Assembly (NCBI GenBank): GCA_963744145.1
Contig: CAVUSO010000001.1
Span: forward strand, 1,216,001-1,280,000
DNA from: an uncultured cyanobacterium
Lineage (GTDB): Bacteria > Cyanobacteriota > Cyanobacteriia > Cyanobacteriales > CAWUOF01
Direction: 5' to 3'
Length of the DNA stretch: 64,000 nucleotides
In this document: positions 21,898-32,443 of the stretch, piece after piece
Layout: each line of letters opens with the position of its first letter
Position numbering within the stretch: the stretch's first letter is position 1
Program-made: the position numbers and the translations under genes
The notes under the pieces: generated by a model
Seen by the model: the letters and a program-made list of their open reading frames with translations, nothing else
Database searches by the model: none
Told to the model about the DNA's origin: nothing

Positions 21898-24687
21898 TCA
21901 TTTAAAATCCAAATCCGTTACACCATCCCAGTCTACCGGAACTCCATACTGTAAATATTGTTGACATCGCTTTACATATAACATCGCTGCCTGATCTTCA
22001 GGATTAGTAGCTAATATTGAGGTAAATATAGGTTGCGCTCCCACAAAATCCTGGCGATTATAAGCCATCACTGCTGCTTCAAATACACTTTTAGTTTGTG
22101 TTTTTAATTGATGAGATAATCCCTCTTCTGGATCGTATATTTCATAAATGGCCACTGCATCATTTTTACCTTTCACTCGCACCCGATCGAGAAATCTAAA
22201 ACTATAATGCTGAATTTCTTCAATCCGAACTAAAGTATGTACACTGATTAAAATTCCCGCTCCATATAACTTGGTTAATCCTTCTAAACGCGAAGCTAAA
22301 TTCACTGCATCAGAAATTACAGTAGTTTCCATTCGTTCCGGTTCTCCAATGGTGCCTAACATTAAATTCCCCGTATGTAAACCAATCCCAATCGCGATCG
22401 GCACTAATCCCTGTTGTTGTCGCTCTTGATTAAAAAGTGCGACTTTTTGCTGCATCGAAATTGCGGCTTGAACTGCTCCATCTGCTGACTGGGGAAATAA
22501 AGCCATAATCCCATCCCCAATATACTTATCAATAAATCCATTATGTTCTCTAATCGCAGGACTAACTTGACTTAAATAGGCATTAATAAAATTAAAAGTC
22601 TCTTGAGGTGTCATCCCTTCTGACAGGTTAGTAAAGGAGCGAATATCGACAAACATTACCGTCATTTCTTGCTGAATTTGGTTACCAATTTGGACATCAA
22701 TAATGCTGTCTTTCCCTAAAAAGTTGAGAAAATCTCGTGGCACAAATCGTCCGTAAGCTAAAGTCAGTTTAGCTAAATTCAAATGAGTTTTCATCCGGGC
22801 AAGCATTTCTTGTTTTTGAATCGGTTTAGTCAAATAATCATTGGCACCTGATGTAAATCCCTCCACAATATTTTCAGTTTGATTTTTTGCCGTCAGGATG
22901 ACGATCGGCAATTCATGAGCTGGAAAACGTTCACGAAGGATCTGACAAACTTCATAACCAGTCATTCGGGGCATCATCAAATCCAGGAGGATCAAATCAG
23001 GAATAAAACCATTTTCAATCGTGGCTAAAGCTTCTTCTCCATTACTCGCTTCACTCAGGGTATAGTTATAAAGAGAAAGGTTATTAATTAAGACCTGACG
23101 ATTAATTGGTTCGTCGTCAACAATTAAAATTTTAAAAGGTTGATCGTCATTAGCAAAATTAACGGCATTTTGCATGGATGATAAAGGGATTAATTCAGAC
23201 CTATTATTGTCGCGAGCTGCAATTGGTTGAACTGATTTAACTTTTTCTTGGGCGATCGGTAAAGTAAAGGTAAATTGTGAACCGACTCCAACTTGTGACT
23301 TAACACTAATTTTACCACCATGTAATTCTACTAGTTGTTTAGTTACAGCCAATCCTAATCCGGTGCCACCATATTCTCTAGCAGTGGAACCTTCTGCTTG
23401 TTCAAAGGATTCAAAGATCCGCTCAAAATTATCTTCAGCAATGCCAATTCCTGTATCAAACACGGTAATAGCTAATATCTCTTTATCCGACCGTGATATC
23501 ACTTGTGCAGAGGTTTCGATCGTACCAGATGGAGTAAATTTAATGGCATTGCCAATTAGATTGTGGAGAATTTGTTGTAAGCGATTTTCGTCAGCTTCCG
23601 CATTGGGTAAGTCTTCCGGAATAGCGTTAATTAGTTGTAAATTTTTCTGGTGAGCTAAAGGTTGGCTGAGAGTAAGAACAATCTCAGTAATAGCTCTTAA
23701 ATCGACAGGTGTTAATTTGAGTTCGAGGGTCTGGTGTCTGAGTTTAGAAAAGTCAAGAATATCGTTAATTAAACTAGCGAGACGGCGACCACTAGAGACA
23801 ATCAATTGCAAGTTGCTTTGGGTGGTAGTAGGGAGTTCTCCAGTTGCACCATCAATCAGTGATTCAGCAATCCCAATAATACCATTTAGAGGAGTACGGA
23901 GTTCGTGGGAAGTATTGGCAAGAAATTCATCTTTGAGTTGATCGAGATGGTGTAGTTCTTGGTTTTTTGTCTCCAAGCGTTTCTTGGCTTCTGCTAGTTC
24001 TTGCTCGCGAATTTTTACGGTTTGAACCATCCCCTGAAATACTCGTGCTAGTCGTCCTAATTCATCGGTTCTAATAGCAATATCATGCAAATCTTCTGCC
24101 TGAAATGTATCATTTTCCACGGCGATCGCAGCATCAGTCATGATTTCAACTTGTTGAATATATTGCTGCATTTGCTGATTCTGTGCTATGATGGCGCTAT
24201 GATGGTTTTCGATCGTCAACATTGCCATCTGATAGGTATTAGTCTGGGCAACCAGAAGCTCTTGCAATGCTAGTAACTGATAAGTTTCTTGACCAAGATC
24301 TACAACGATCGGTTCATACAGATATTCAGATGGACGTTGCAAACATACTCTTACTGCTTCAAAAATTGGTAGATCGGCAGAGAGAATGGTAAGATTTTGG
24401 CGAATAAATGGACAGATAGTATAGAGTTTGCGTAGCGATCGCTGTAAAAATAACTCTCGACCAAAAGGTTTACTGAGAATTTCTAGAAACTTAGCACGAG
24501 AAATAAAACCGTTGAATATACCTTGTTGTGTAAGAATGACACCAGGTAGTAAAATATTGTTCTGAAAAGCTTGCAATAATTCCTCTCCATAGCAGAGATC
24601 ATCCATTTGAAATGTAATCATCTGTAAATCTCGCAGTTTCGAGTCGAGTTGCAGATTATGCGCTAGCACTTTTTCGGAGTTAGTCAT
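21898..24687 (-). CDS. Hybrid kinase/adenylate cyclase copy 6, soluble, with CBS-like N-terminus and HAMP-like segment
   Basis: No TM segment; LPGVIL...GFISRAKF...YEPIVV CBS-like; [13 protein letters not shown]; same output module; ATG 24687 preferred over TTG 24729. Confidence 0.88.
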   Translation of the reverse strand: MTNSEKVLAHNLQLDSKLRDLQMITFQMDDLCYGEELLQAFQNNILLPGVILTQQGIFNGFISRAKFLEILSKPFGRELFLQRSLRKLYTICPFIRQNLTILSADLPIFEAVRVCLQRPSEYLYEPIVVDLGQETYQLLALQELLVAQTNTYQMAMLTIENHHSAIIAQNQQMQQYIQQVEIMTDAAIAVENDTFQAEDLHDIAIRTDELGRLARVFQGMVQTVKIREQELAEAKKRLETKNQELHHLDQLKDEFLANTSHELRTPLNGIIGIAESLIDGATGELPTTTQSNLQLIVSSGRRLASLINDILDFSKLRHQTLELKLTPVDLRAITEIVLTLSQPLAHQKNLQLINAIPEDLPNAEADENRLQQILHNLIGNAIKFTPSGTIETSAQVISRSDKEILAITVFDTGIGIAEDNFERIFESFEQAEGSTAREYGGTGLGLAVTKQLVELHGGKISVKSQVGVGSQFTFTLPIAQEKVKSVQPIAARDNNRSELIPLSSMQNAVNFANDDQPFKILIVDDEPINRQVLINNLSLYNYTLSEASNGEEALATIENGFIPDLILLDLMMPRMTGYEVCQILRERFPAHELPIVILTAKNQTENIVEGFTSGANDYLTKPIQKQEMLARMKTHLNLAKLTLAYGRFVPRDFLNFLGKDSIIDVQIGNQIQQEMTVMFVDIRSFTNLSEGMTPQETFNFINAYLSQVSPAIREHNGFIDKYIGDGIMALFPQSADGAVQAAISMQQKVALFNQERQQQGLVPIAIGIGLHTGNLMLGTIGEPERMETTVISDAVNLASRLEGLTKLYGAGILISVHTLVRIEEIQHYSFRFLDRVRVKGKNDAVAIYEIYDPEEGLSHQLKTQTKSVFEAAVMAYNRQDFVGAQPIFTSILATNPEDQAAMLYVKRCQQYLQYGVPVDWDGVTDLDFK

Positions 24688-25133
24688 GTCTAATTTTTTC
24701 TGAGAATTTTCAAAAATCTTTCCCTGCAAAGCTTTGAGGAAATTAAAGCTTTATATATCATCACAAACTGTGATTGAATCGGTCATCCTATTCAGTTAGA
24801 TTGCACACACTCGGGATAAATATGATAACAATTTTTGATCATATTAGCCGATCGCGACCGCATGACCATCCGATGATCGGGACATCAGTCTTACCACCAA
24901 AAAACCTTGTGGGACAGAGGTCTGATCTGTCCTAATTATTTTTGTCAGAGGTCTATTGTGAAGATGCGTTTACCCGGAAAAGTTCACCCATCCTGATTTT
25001 TGATGTGGGTTGACGATGATTGGGAATCCTTGGTAAGTTAAAAATCTTCAGCTACTGATAAATTGAAAATGCTGAGATATTAATTGCTCAACTCACCTAT
25101 TATTTAGATATGTTGTATCACCAGTGAAGCAAG

Positions 25134-26186
25134 ATGAAAGCACAGGTATTTAGAGGTGTCAATCAACTCAGTTATGAAGAAGTACCCCTCCCAAAAGTAG
25201 AACCATCGGAAGTTCTAGTCCAGGTCAGGGTGGTCGGATTATGTCAATCTGATATTAAAAAGATTTGCTATCCTCTCTACCAACCACCACGGATTTTTGG
25301 TCACGAAACTGCTGGTGTAATTACAGCGATCGGATCAGCAGTAACAGGTTGGTCAGTAGGACAACGAGTGGTCGTGATGCACCATATTCCTTGTATGGGT
25401 TGTCCCTATTGTCTAAATGACAATTTCTCTATGTGTCAAACCTATAAAGATATTACCACAACTGCTGGATTTATACCTAGTGGTGGTGGGTTTGCTGAAT
25501 ATGTCAAAGTTCCTGGTCATATTGTCCAACATGGAGGTTTGATCCCAATTCCCGAAGGAGTGAGTTTTGAACAAGCTAGTTTTGTTGAACCCACTAATTG
25601 TTGTCTCAAAGCGGTGAAAAAAGCCCAAATTTCTCCAGGTCAAACTGTGTTAGTAACTGGTGCTGGACCAATTGGGTTGATGTTTGTGATGTTAATTAAG
25701 TTCTTTGGAGCAAAAGCGATCGCTACAGATTTAATTTCGACGCGGGTTGACAAAGCTTTACAACTAGGTGCTACAGCTGCTTTTGATGCTCGTGACCCTG
25801 AATTGGTCAGAAAAATTCAAGCACTGACAGGAGGAATGGGAGTTGATACCACATTATTAGCAGTTCCTAGTGATAAAGCTTTTTTTCAAGCGTTAGATTG
25901 TACCCGTAAAGGTGGTAAGATTCTCTTTTTTGCGGAATTTCCAGATGAGTTAGAAATTCCCATTAATCCCAATATTCTCTATCGTCGCGAAATTGATTTG
26001 ATGGGTAGTTATAGTTCTTCTTATCGACTCCAAACCCTAGCTGCTGATATTGTCTTTAATCAGGATATTGATGTCAATGCTTTAATTAGCGATCGCTATC
26101 CTTTAGCTGAATTAGCCACAGCAGTCAAACAAGCAATCTCCCCAACTCCAGAGACTTACAAAATTCTAATCTATCCTGAAAAATGA
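25134..26186 (+). CDS. Zinc-dependent (MDR) alcohol/sugar dehydrogenase
   Basis: GLCQSD, GHE, CMGCPYC...C, GAGPIG. Confidence 0.92.
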   Translation: MKAQVFRGVNQLSYEEVPLPKVEPSEVLVQVRVVGLCQSDIKKICYPLYQPPRIFGHETAGVITAIGSAVTGWSVGQRVVVMHHIPCMGCPYCLNDNFSMCQTYKDITTTAGFIPSGGGFAEYVKVPGHIVQHGGLIPIPEGVSFEQASFVEPTNCCLKAVKKAQISPGQTVLVTGAGPIGLMFVMLIKFFGAKAIATDLISTRVDKALQLGATAAFDARDPELVRKIQALTGGMGVDTTLLAVPSDKAFFQALDCTRKGGKILFFAEFPDELEIPINPNILYRREIDLMGSYSSSYRLQTLAADIVFNQDIDVNALISDRYPLAELATAVKQAISPTPETYKILIYPEK

Positions 26187-26902
26187 GTTTTTCCTATCCT
26201 CAGCGTCAACATGAACTGAAAAAATTAATCCAAAAATTGGGATTAGCCCCAACCGCACCAATCGATTGGAATTTATTAGACTTAGCTTTAATTCATCGGA
26301 GTTTTTCTGCGGCTAAAAATTACGAACAGTTAGAATTTGTGGGAGATGCAGTAGTGCGATTAGCTGCGGCTGAATTTTTGTTAGAAAATTATCCAGATGC
26401 AACAGTAGGTGAATATGGATCGATTCGGTCTGTCTTAGTCAGCGATCGCATTTTAGCAAGACTAGCTAGAAGTTATGGATTCGAGCGTTATCTATTAGTT
26501 TCAGCTAGTGCTGCTGGGGACAAAGCTGGGGAAGACTCCCGACTAGCAGATACTTTTGAAGCTGTCTTAGGTGCACTTTATTTAAGTACCCATAATCTCG
26601 ATTTAATCCGTCCTTGGTTAGATGGTCATTTTCAGGAATTATCAGTAGAAATTCGTCGCGATCCTGCCCATTTTAATTATAAAGAAGCGTTGCAAGAATT
26701 AACCCAAAGTCTTTATAAGGCTTTACCTGAATATCGAGTCCAGGAAGTCAAGAAAATTCATGGGGATGAGGAACGATTTCGGGCTGAAGTTTGGTTTCAA
26801 GGAGAACAATTAGGAGAAGGAAATGGGATTTCTAAAAAAGCTGCTCAACAAGCTGCTGCTCAAATAGCATTTCGATTGCTTCAGCAAAAATTAGAACACT
26901 AA
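26183..26902 (+). CDS. rnc: Ribonuclease III
   Basis: EQLEFVGDAV signature, ADTFEAVLGA, C-terminal dsRBD (NYKEALQE...SKKAAQQAAA); ATGA overlap with upstream gene. Confidence 0.95.
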   Translation: MSFSYPQRQHELKKLIQKLGLAPTAPIDWNLLDLALIHRSFSAAKNYEQLEFVGDAVVRLAAAEFLLENYPDATVGEYGSIRSVLVSDRILARLARSYGFERYLLVSASAAGDKAGEDSRLADTFEAVLGALYLSTHNLDLIRPWLDGHFQELSVEIRRDPAHFNYKEALQELTQSLYKALPEYRVQEVKKIHGDEERFRAEVWFQGEQLGEGNGISKKAAQQAAAQIAFRLLQQKLEH

Positions 26903-26931
26903 TGCTAAATTAAGGATATAACATCTCAAAT

Positions 26932-28917
26932 ATGACGAGTAAGATGACTAAATCTGCGGCAAATCACATTTCTTGGCAAAAACGTCTTCAGTATCAATTT
27001 GACAATTTCATGTCTAAAGGCGGTTTCGCTGTTTTTCTGGCATTATTGTCATTATTTTTGATCACTTTTGTGCTGATGACTGCATCACGCTACTTAGTAG
27101 AATGGTGGTTTCCAAATCAGGGTGAACAAAATTATACTAATTTTACCTGGGACGTATTTGTCCAACTAATTGGGCTCAGAGATACAGGAGAAGATGCTAA
27201 TTTTGCTACCAAATTTGTGGGTGTAGTCACAATTTTTTCAGGGTTAATCTTGTTTTCTAGTCTGGTCGCTTTTATTACCCAGGAATTTGAATCAAAATTG
27301 CAATCACTCCGCAAAGGTAAAAGTTTAGTAGTAGAAGAAAATCATACATTAATTTTAGGAATTAGCGATCGAATTATCGACATTATTAATGAATTAATTA
27401 TTGCTAATGAATCGGAAAAAGATGCAGTAATTGTGATTCTTTCTGACCAAGATAAGGAGGAGATAGATGAATATTTACGCAATAATTTAGGTGATCTAAA
27501 AAGCACAAGAATAGTAACTCGTAATGGTTCTATTACCAATTTAAGTGACTTAGATATGGTCGCGATCAAACTTGCTAAAACAGTGATTATTTTAAATAAT
27601 GCAAAATCTGCCGATTTAGATGAAACTAAAGCTTTAGCAGATGCTCGTGCGGTGAAAGCGGTTCTCGCAGTTACAGCGGCTAATGAAGAAAAGAAATTAC
27701 CACCCATTGTAGTAGAATTACACTCAGAACAATATCGTCGTCTGGCTAAAAATATTGCTCCTGGAAAAGTTACGACTCTGAATGAATCAGATATTTTAGC
27801 CCGAATTTTAGTCCAAACATCTCGGAGTCTAGGACTAGCAGGAGTCTATTTAAACTTAGTCGGGTTTGAAGGAAATGAATTTTATTTCTATCGTCCGGAA
27901 GATGGTTGGCAAAATATTACTTTTAGAAAATTACCGCTTTGTTTTTCCCATGGTACTCCTTTAGGAATTCGTCATGTAGATGGTAGTTTAGTCATCAATC
28001 CTCCTTTAGATTATAAACTCGCTGGTGGTGATGAGGCAATTATTTTAGCCCAAGATGATTCAAAAATTAGTTTTGCTCCCCAATCTATGGTCGATTTAAA
28101 AAATAACAACTATGTTAATCGAGGAAAAACTCTTGAACAAAAATTAGAAAAATATTTGATTATTGGCTGGAATACCAAAACCAAAATTATTCTCCAAGAA
28201 TATGCCAAATACTTGATAGCTGATTCCCAAGTGAACCTAGTAGTTGAGCAATTAACTGACGATATTAACACTACATTCAATCAAATTTCTGAAACATATC
28301 CTCATCTAAAAATGTCAGTTTTGCAGGTAGATTTGAATTCAATTGAAGAAATTACCGCTCTCAATCCTCACGATTTCGATACCATCTCAATCTTATCGAG
28401 TCAAGGAGATAGTTCTGAACAAGTTGATGCAAAAACTCTAACTATATTGTTAGAAATACGCCAAATATTAAACACCTATACTGCTAAAACTGGTCAGAAA
28501 GTAACCACAGAATTGATTGCAGAAATTATGAATTCAGACGATACTGACTTAGTTATTAAAGCTGGGGTCAAAGATTTTCTACTCACTGATAAATTTGTTT
28601 CTAAGATTTTAGCCCAGGTATCACAAGAACCTGATATAATGTCCATCTATAATGATTTGTTCTCTGCGGAAGGAAGTGAACTATATATCAAACCTTTATG
28701 GCTTTACTTTGCACCAGAAGAAATCTATAATGCAACTTTTGTTGATTGTATCATTGCTGCTCAACAACGACAGGAATTATGTATTGGTGTAAAAATTAAT
28801 TCCCAAGCACAGAATAAAGATCATAACTTTGGGATTTATTTAGTCCCAAATTGGGATGAGCAGCTAAATCTTAAATTTGAAGATAGTTTAATTACTTTAG
28901 CTGAAAATGAAACCTGA
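26932..28917 (+). CDS. CASTOR/POLLUX-like ion channel with two RCK domains
   Basis: N-terminal TMs with DTG pore-like segment, LRKGKSLVVEENHTLILG, FEGNEFY, AEGSELY. Confidence 0.8.
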   Translation: MTSKMTKSAANHISWQKRLQYQFDNFMSKGGFAVFLALLSLFLITFVLMTASRYLVEWWFPNQGEQNYTNFTWDVFVQLIGLRDTGEDANFATKFVGVVTIFSGLILFSSLVAFITQEFESKLQSLRKGKSLVVEENHTLILGISDRIIDIINELIIANESEKDAVIVILSDQDKEEIDEYLRNNLGDLKSTRIVTRNGSITNLSDLDMVAIKLAKTVIILNNAKSADLDETKALADARAVKAVLAVTAANEEKKLPPIVVELHSEQYRRLAKNIAPGKVTTLNESDILARILVQTSRSLGLAGVYLNLVGFEGNEFYFYRPEDGWQNITFRKLPLCFSHGTPLGIRHVDGSLVINPPLDYKLAGGDEAIILAQDDSKISFAPQSMVDLKNNNYVNRGKTLEQKLEKYLIIGWNTKTKIILQEYAKYLIADSQVNLVVEQLTDDINTTFNQISETYPHLKMSVLQVDLNSIEEITALNPHDFDTISILSSQGDSSEQVDAKTLTILLEIRQILNTYTAKTGQKVTTELIAEIMNSDDTDLVIKAGVKDFLLTDKFVSKILAQVSQEPDIMSIYNDLFSAEGSELYIKPLWLYFAPEEIYNATFVDCIIAAQQRQELCIGVKINSQAQNKDHNFGIYLVPNWDEQLNLKFEDSLITLAENET

Positions 28918-28935
28918 TCGGTCATAGGACATAGT

Positions 28936-29030
28936 GTAGGGGCGAAGCATTCGGGCGATCATTTATTGTTAAAATCTGTTAATTTTAGATCCGAATACTT
29001 CACCCTTCGACTCCGCTCAGGGTAAACCCT
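28936..29030. repeat. REP hairpin with inserted 24-bp element (29003-29026)
   Basis: gtaggggcgaagcattcggg...ccgaatacttca[cccttcgactccgctcagggtaaa]ccct. Confidence 0.75.
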
Positions 29031-29061
29031 TCTTCGTCGAGAGCTTTCAGAAAACTTCAAA

Positions 29062-30162
29062 TTACTCTTGAACATTTTTCTCGATCGCCTGATCGAGATT
29101 TACTGGCTGATAATCTGGACGTTTTTCTAACCGATCTTTGACAGTATAATGGATTTTAGCATTAGAATTAAAAGGTCGCACTTGCACTCCTCCTAAAGCA
29201 TAAATACCTGTCACCTGATTATTAAAATCAGTTGTTGGTTGAGGTTCAACCCCAAATTCTGTGATTTTCCCTTCTGAATCAAAATTACGCTCAATTTTGT
29301 TGGGATCACATTTTAATCCCACTTTACCCGCTTGTTGGATCATCCAATCTAAAGCACAATCGGCTAAACCTCGAGTCTCTTTAGTTCCACCACCGATACA
29401 ACCATGTTCACCCACAAACAAAACTTCTTCTACCAATTGGTTGGGATTTGATTCATTCTTTTTCATGGGAGTGGAAGGAAAACTTCTGCGTTTTTCATCG
29501 ATCGCAACTGCGTGAAAAGCATTTTGGACAATTGGACTGATGGTAGGATCGTAGAACCTATACTTTTGATTAATTATTTTATCAATAGGTAACTGAGGAA
29601 TGAGATTTGGTACACCCAAAGCTCCAACTGTATCCCAGCAACCCAACATGGTGATTGGGACTCGGTAGTCCAGATAGGATTTTTGCTCAGAATTATCTAC
29701 AGCATAACCATTTTTTTGGCGAAAAAGTTGCGCTTCTTGACTATTGGGGTGAATTTTGCGATCGCGGTACATTTGATAAGCTAGGGGAGTTTTCCGAATA
29801 TGCTCACGGCTTAATAAACCCGAATTGTAAATCATCCCTGCTAAACAACGAACAATATAGGCACCGCGACTAAAGCCAAACAGATAAATTTCATCTTGAT
29901 GGGTAATATTGTAATTAATTGATAAAAACCGATAGCCATCTTGAATTAATTTATCAATGCCCCAGCCAAATGCCCCACCTCCTAAATGTTCGACAATACT
30001 CGTAGTATCACTGCCAACTCCCTCTTGATAAAATACAATTTGTGGAGTTCCATCATCGGCAATATATTTTACTGATTGGGCCATTTTAACCACATTGGTC
30101 GGGTAAGAACTTTTCAGTTCATTCCATGTTCCGTCGCAGCACACAACTAGGCGTTTTTTCAT
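29062..30162 (-). CDS. DUF2235 alpha/beta hydrolase (Tle1-like)
   Basis: CCDGTWN, GFSRGA, WDTVG, HAVAIDE, GEHGCIGGG. Confidence 0.9.
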   Translation of the reverse strand: MKKRLVVCCDGTWNELKSSYPTNVVKMAQSVKYIADDGTPQIVFYQEGVGSDTTSIVEHLGGGAFGWGIDKLIQDGYRFLSINYNITHQDEIYLFGFSRGAYIVRCLAGMIYNSGLLSREHIRKTPLAYQMYRDRKIHPNSQEAQLFRQKNGYAVDNSEQKSYLDYRVPITMLGCWDTVGALGVPNLIPQLPIDKIINQKYRFYDPTISPIVQNAFHAVAIDEKRRSFPSTPMKKNESNPNQLVEEVLFVGEHGCIGGGTKETRGLADCALDWMIQQAGKVGLKCDPNKIERNFDSEGKITEFGVEPQPTTDFNNQVTGIYALGGVQVRPFNSNAKIHYTVKDRLEKRPDYQPVNLDQAIEKNVQE

Positions 30163-30270
30163 AACTGATTCTCGATTGATTGGACTTATGTTGAGCTATC
30201 CCTGAGCTTCGTCTTGATTATACCCCTGAGTGTTACCTGAGCCTAAAGATAGTTACGGTTGTTTGACAAA

Positions 30271-32331
30271 TTACTTTTCAGTTTTGACTTGTTCAAGGAT
30301 ATTAACATCGGTCGAAGGATGAGAAATCTGACTAATGGGTAAACTTATTTTCAGAGTACAGCCTTTATTTTTTCCAGCACTATATAAAGAAATCCTCCCT
30401 CCCATTAACTCAATTAAATTACGGGAAATAGCTAACCCTAATCCAGCTCCTCCATGTAAACGAGTTGTTGTACCATCAACCATCACAAAAGGTTGGAATA
30501 GTTTGTGCTGTTGAGCAGGATCGATGCCAATTCCTGTATCTTGAATCGTCACTATTGCTCTCAAATTAATAGCAGGATTACCCAGGTTTTCCAAGGAATT
30601 AGAAATATTTTTACCTAAATCAACCGAACTATTTTGCGCTCCTCCATCATCACTAGCTTGAGCAGAATCGTAATTTTCAACAGATGTTTCAATTACCTTT
30701 TCCAGCGAATTAGATATAGTAATAGTTCCGCTATCAGTAAATTTAACTGCATTATTAAGTACATTCAGTAAAACTTGTTTAAGTTTTGCTGGGTCTGATT
30801 GCACAATAATCACTTCTTCAAGTTTTTCCCAATTTAATTCTAATCCTTTTTTCTGAATCGCAAATAATTGTAAATCAACTACTTCCTTGATCAGCTTAGT
30901 GAGATCAACTGATTCAATCTTTACTCCTAGAGTTCCTGATTCAATTTTGGCAATATCCAGCACATCATTAATAATACTTAACAAATGAATAGCTGCATCA
31001 TCAGCTTTTTGAAGAAAATCCATTTCTTCTTCGCGATCGTCACAACAACTATCCCGAACTAGACGAATACAGCCAATAATAGCATTCAAAGGAGTTCTCA
31101 ATTCATGAGAAGTTGTCGCTAAAAACTCATTTTTTAACTGATTAGCCACCTTAGCTTCTTGCCAAGCAGTTTCTAATTCTTTCGCCCAAGCTTTCAGCCG
31201 ATCGATCATCCCATCAAGAGCTTGAACTAACTGATGAAGTTCTTCGATTTTGAACTTATAGGGAATTCGGTCAGGAGTTTGTCGGCACTGGACACTTAAA
31301 GCATACTCACCGAGTCGCTCAATCGGACGTGATAGTTGACGAGCTACCAAAAGTGTAACGATCAGATTAGCTGCTAATAATCCCAACACCAAATTCAACA
31401 TAACTTTTTGAATTTCTTCAAGACCAGCTAGGGCATAATCTAAACGAGTGACAGCTAAAATAATCCAACTTTTGTCTTTTTCTAAAGTAACTGGACTGGG
31501 GATTGCTGTATATCCAACTAACAAATCTACATCTTTTTGGTCAAAACCCGATAGCTGGACACAAGTCTGTTCACCATTGAGAGCACCACGGATCAGCTCT
31601 GCTAAAGATTGGGCATCTTTTTGCTCATTAATATTATGTCCCATCCAGCCGGGATCGCGATGGAGTAAAATTTTCCCATTTTGAGCAATAATCGCTGTAT
31701 ATCCCGTCAGGGATTGACGTTTAAACCCATTAATAGATTTAGGTTGATCTTTTTCTTGATTTTGCCAACTTGATTGAATTCTCAAGCTATAACGTAGTTG
31801 ACTATTGCTGTCATAAACGGGCGCACTAAAAACTAAACTGAGGGAATTTGGAACATTATTCTTACTCGTGAGACCTGACCGAATTTCAGTGACATCAATC
31901 AAGTCTGTGGTGACCAGATTAGGTTTGAACGGTGGGAACTTAGGTAAAGGTGCATTAATACTTTGACTACCACAGGTACTAGCTATGGCTTTACCAGTTT
32001 TTATATTAGTTAATTGTAAACACTGCACTTTACTTGGCAATGCCTTAGCTAACTGGGTTAAAATTTTTTGAGCTTGCTCATTAGCACCAGGCTGGATCAG
32101 GGAAATCTGACTAGCTGCGATTAAATTAGCCTTCAAGTTTTGAATAGTATCAAGAATACCATCTGCCTTTTTGACGGCGCTTTCAGTGAGATTGAGATGG
32201 GCTGTATCGAGGAGACTTTTGCGAGCCGTATGGTAGGTGACATATTCTCCTACCAGTAGAATTGGTACACTCAAAAGTAAAATCCACGACAGCAGGATTC
32301 GACGAAAAGAGGTTTGACCGAATTTAGCCAT
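30271..32331 (-). CDS. Membrane sensor histidine kinase (Cache-HAMP-HisKA-HATPase)
   Basis: Two TMs, [25 protein letters not shown] 32331 preferred. Confidence 0.92.
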   Translation of the reverse strand: MAKFGQTSFRRILLSWILLLSVPILLVGEYVTYHTARKSLLDTAHLNLTESAVKKADGILDTIQNLKANLIAASQISLIQPGANEQAQKILTQLAKALPSKVQCLQLTNIKTGKAIASTCGSQSINAPLPKFPPFKPNLVTTDLIDVTEIRSGLTSKNNVPNSLSLVFSAPVYDSNSQLRYSLRIQSSWQNQEKDQPKSINGFKRQSLTGYTAIIAQNGKILLHRDPGWMGHNINEQKDAQSLAELIRGALNGEQTCVQLSGFDQKDVDLLVGYTAIPSPVTLEKDKSWIILAVTRLDYALAGLEEIQKVMLNLVLGLLAANLIVTLLVARQLSRPIERLGEYALSVQCRQTPDRIPYKFKIEELHQLVQALDGMIDRLKAWAKELETAWQEAKVANQLKNEFLATTSHELRTPLNAIIGCIRLVRDSCCDDREEEMDFLQKADDAAIHLLSIINDVLDIAKIESGTLGVKIESVDLTKLIKEVVDLQLFAIQKKGLELNWEKLEEVIIVQSDPAKLKQVLLNVLNNAVKFTDSGTITISNSLEKVIETSVENYDSAQASDDGGAQNSSVDLGKNISNSLENLGNPAINLRAIVTIQDTGIGIDPAQQHKLFQPFVMVDGTTTRLHGGAGLGLAISRNLIELMGGRISLYSAGKNKGCTLKISLPISQISHPSTDVNILEQVKTEK

Positions 32332-32443
32332 AGAAAGCCCCGCGATGAGGGGGTGCAAGACCCAACTCCGAATAGTTCAATTGATGTAGGAAAGCGGACA
32401 TCTACCTAACATTAGAATATACCTGGTTAGATCAAATTTTTAT

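Noticed and set aside
6450..24273. Recurrent plus-strand ORFs (e.g. 9141, 12965, 16254, 19971, 23363)
   Set aside because: Antisense shadows of the duplicated kinase genes; recurrence reflects the duplication.
4011..24687. Diversity-generating retroelement acting on the repeated 3' ends
   Set aside because: No reverse transcriptase or non-coding template repeat in the window; differences are mostly synonymous and not evidently adenine-specific.
24759..24775. CRP site upstream of the cyclase array (atcaca-aac-tgtgat)
   Set aside because: Half-sites are in the opposite order and spacing to TGTGA-N6-TCACA.
29062..30162. T6SS effector-immunity pair
   Set aside because: No vgrG/PAAR or immunity gene adjacent.
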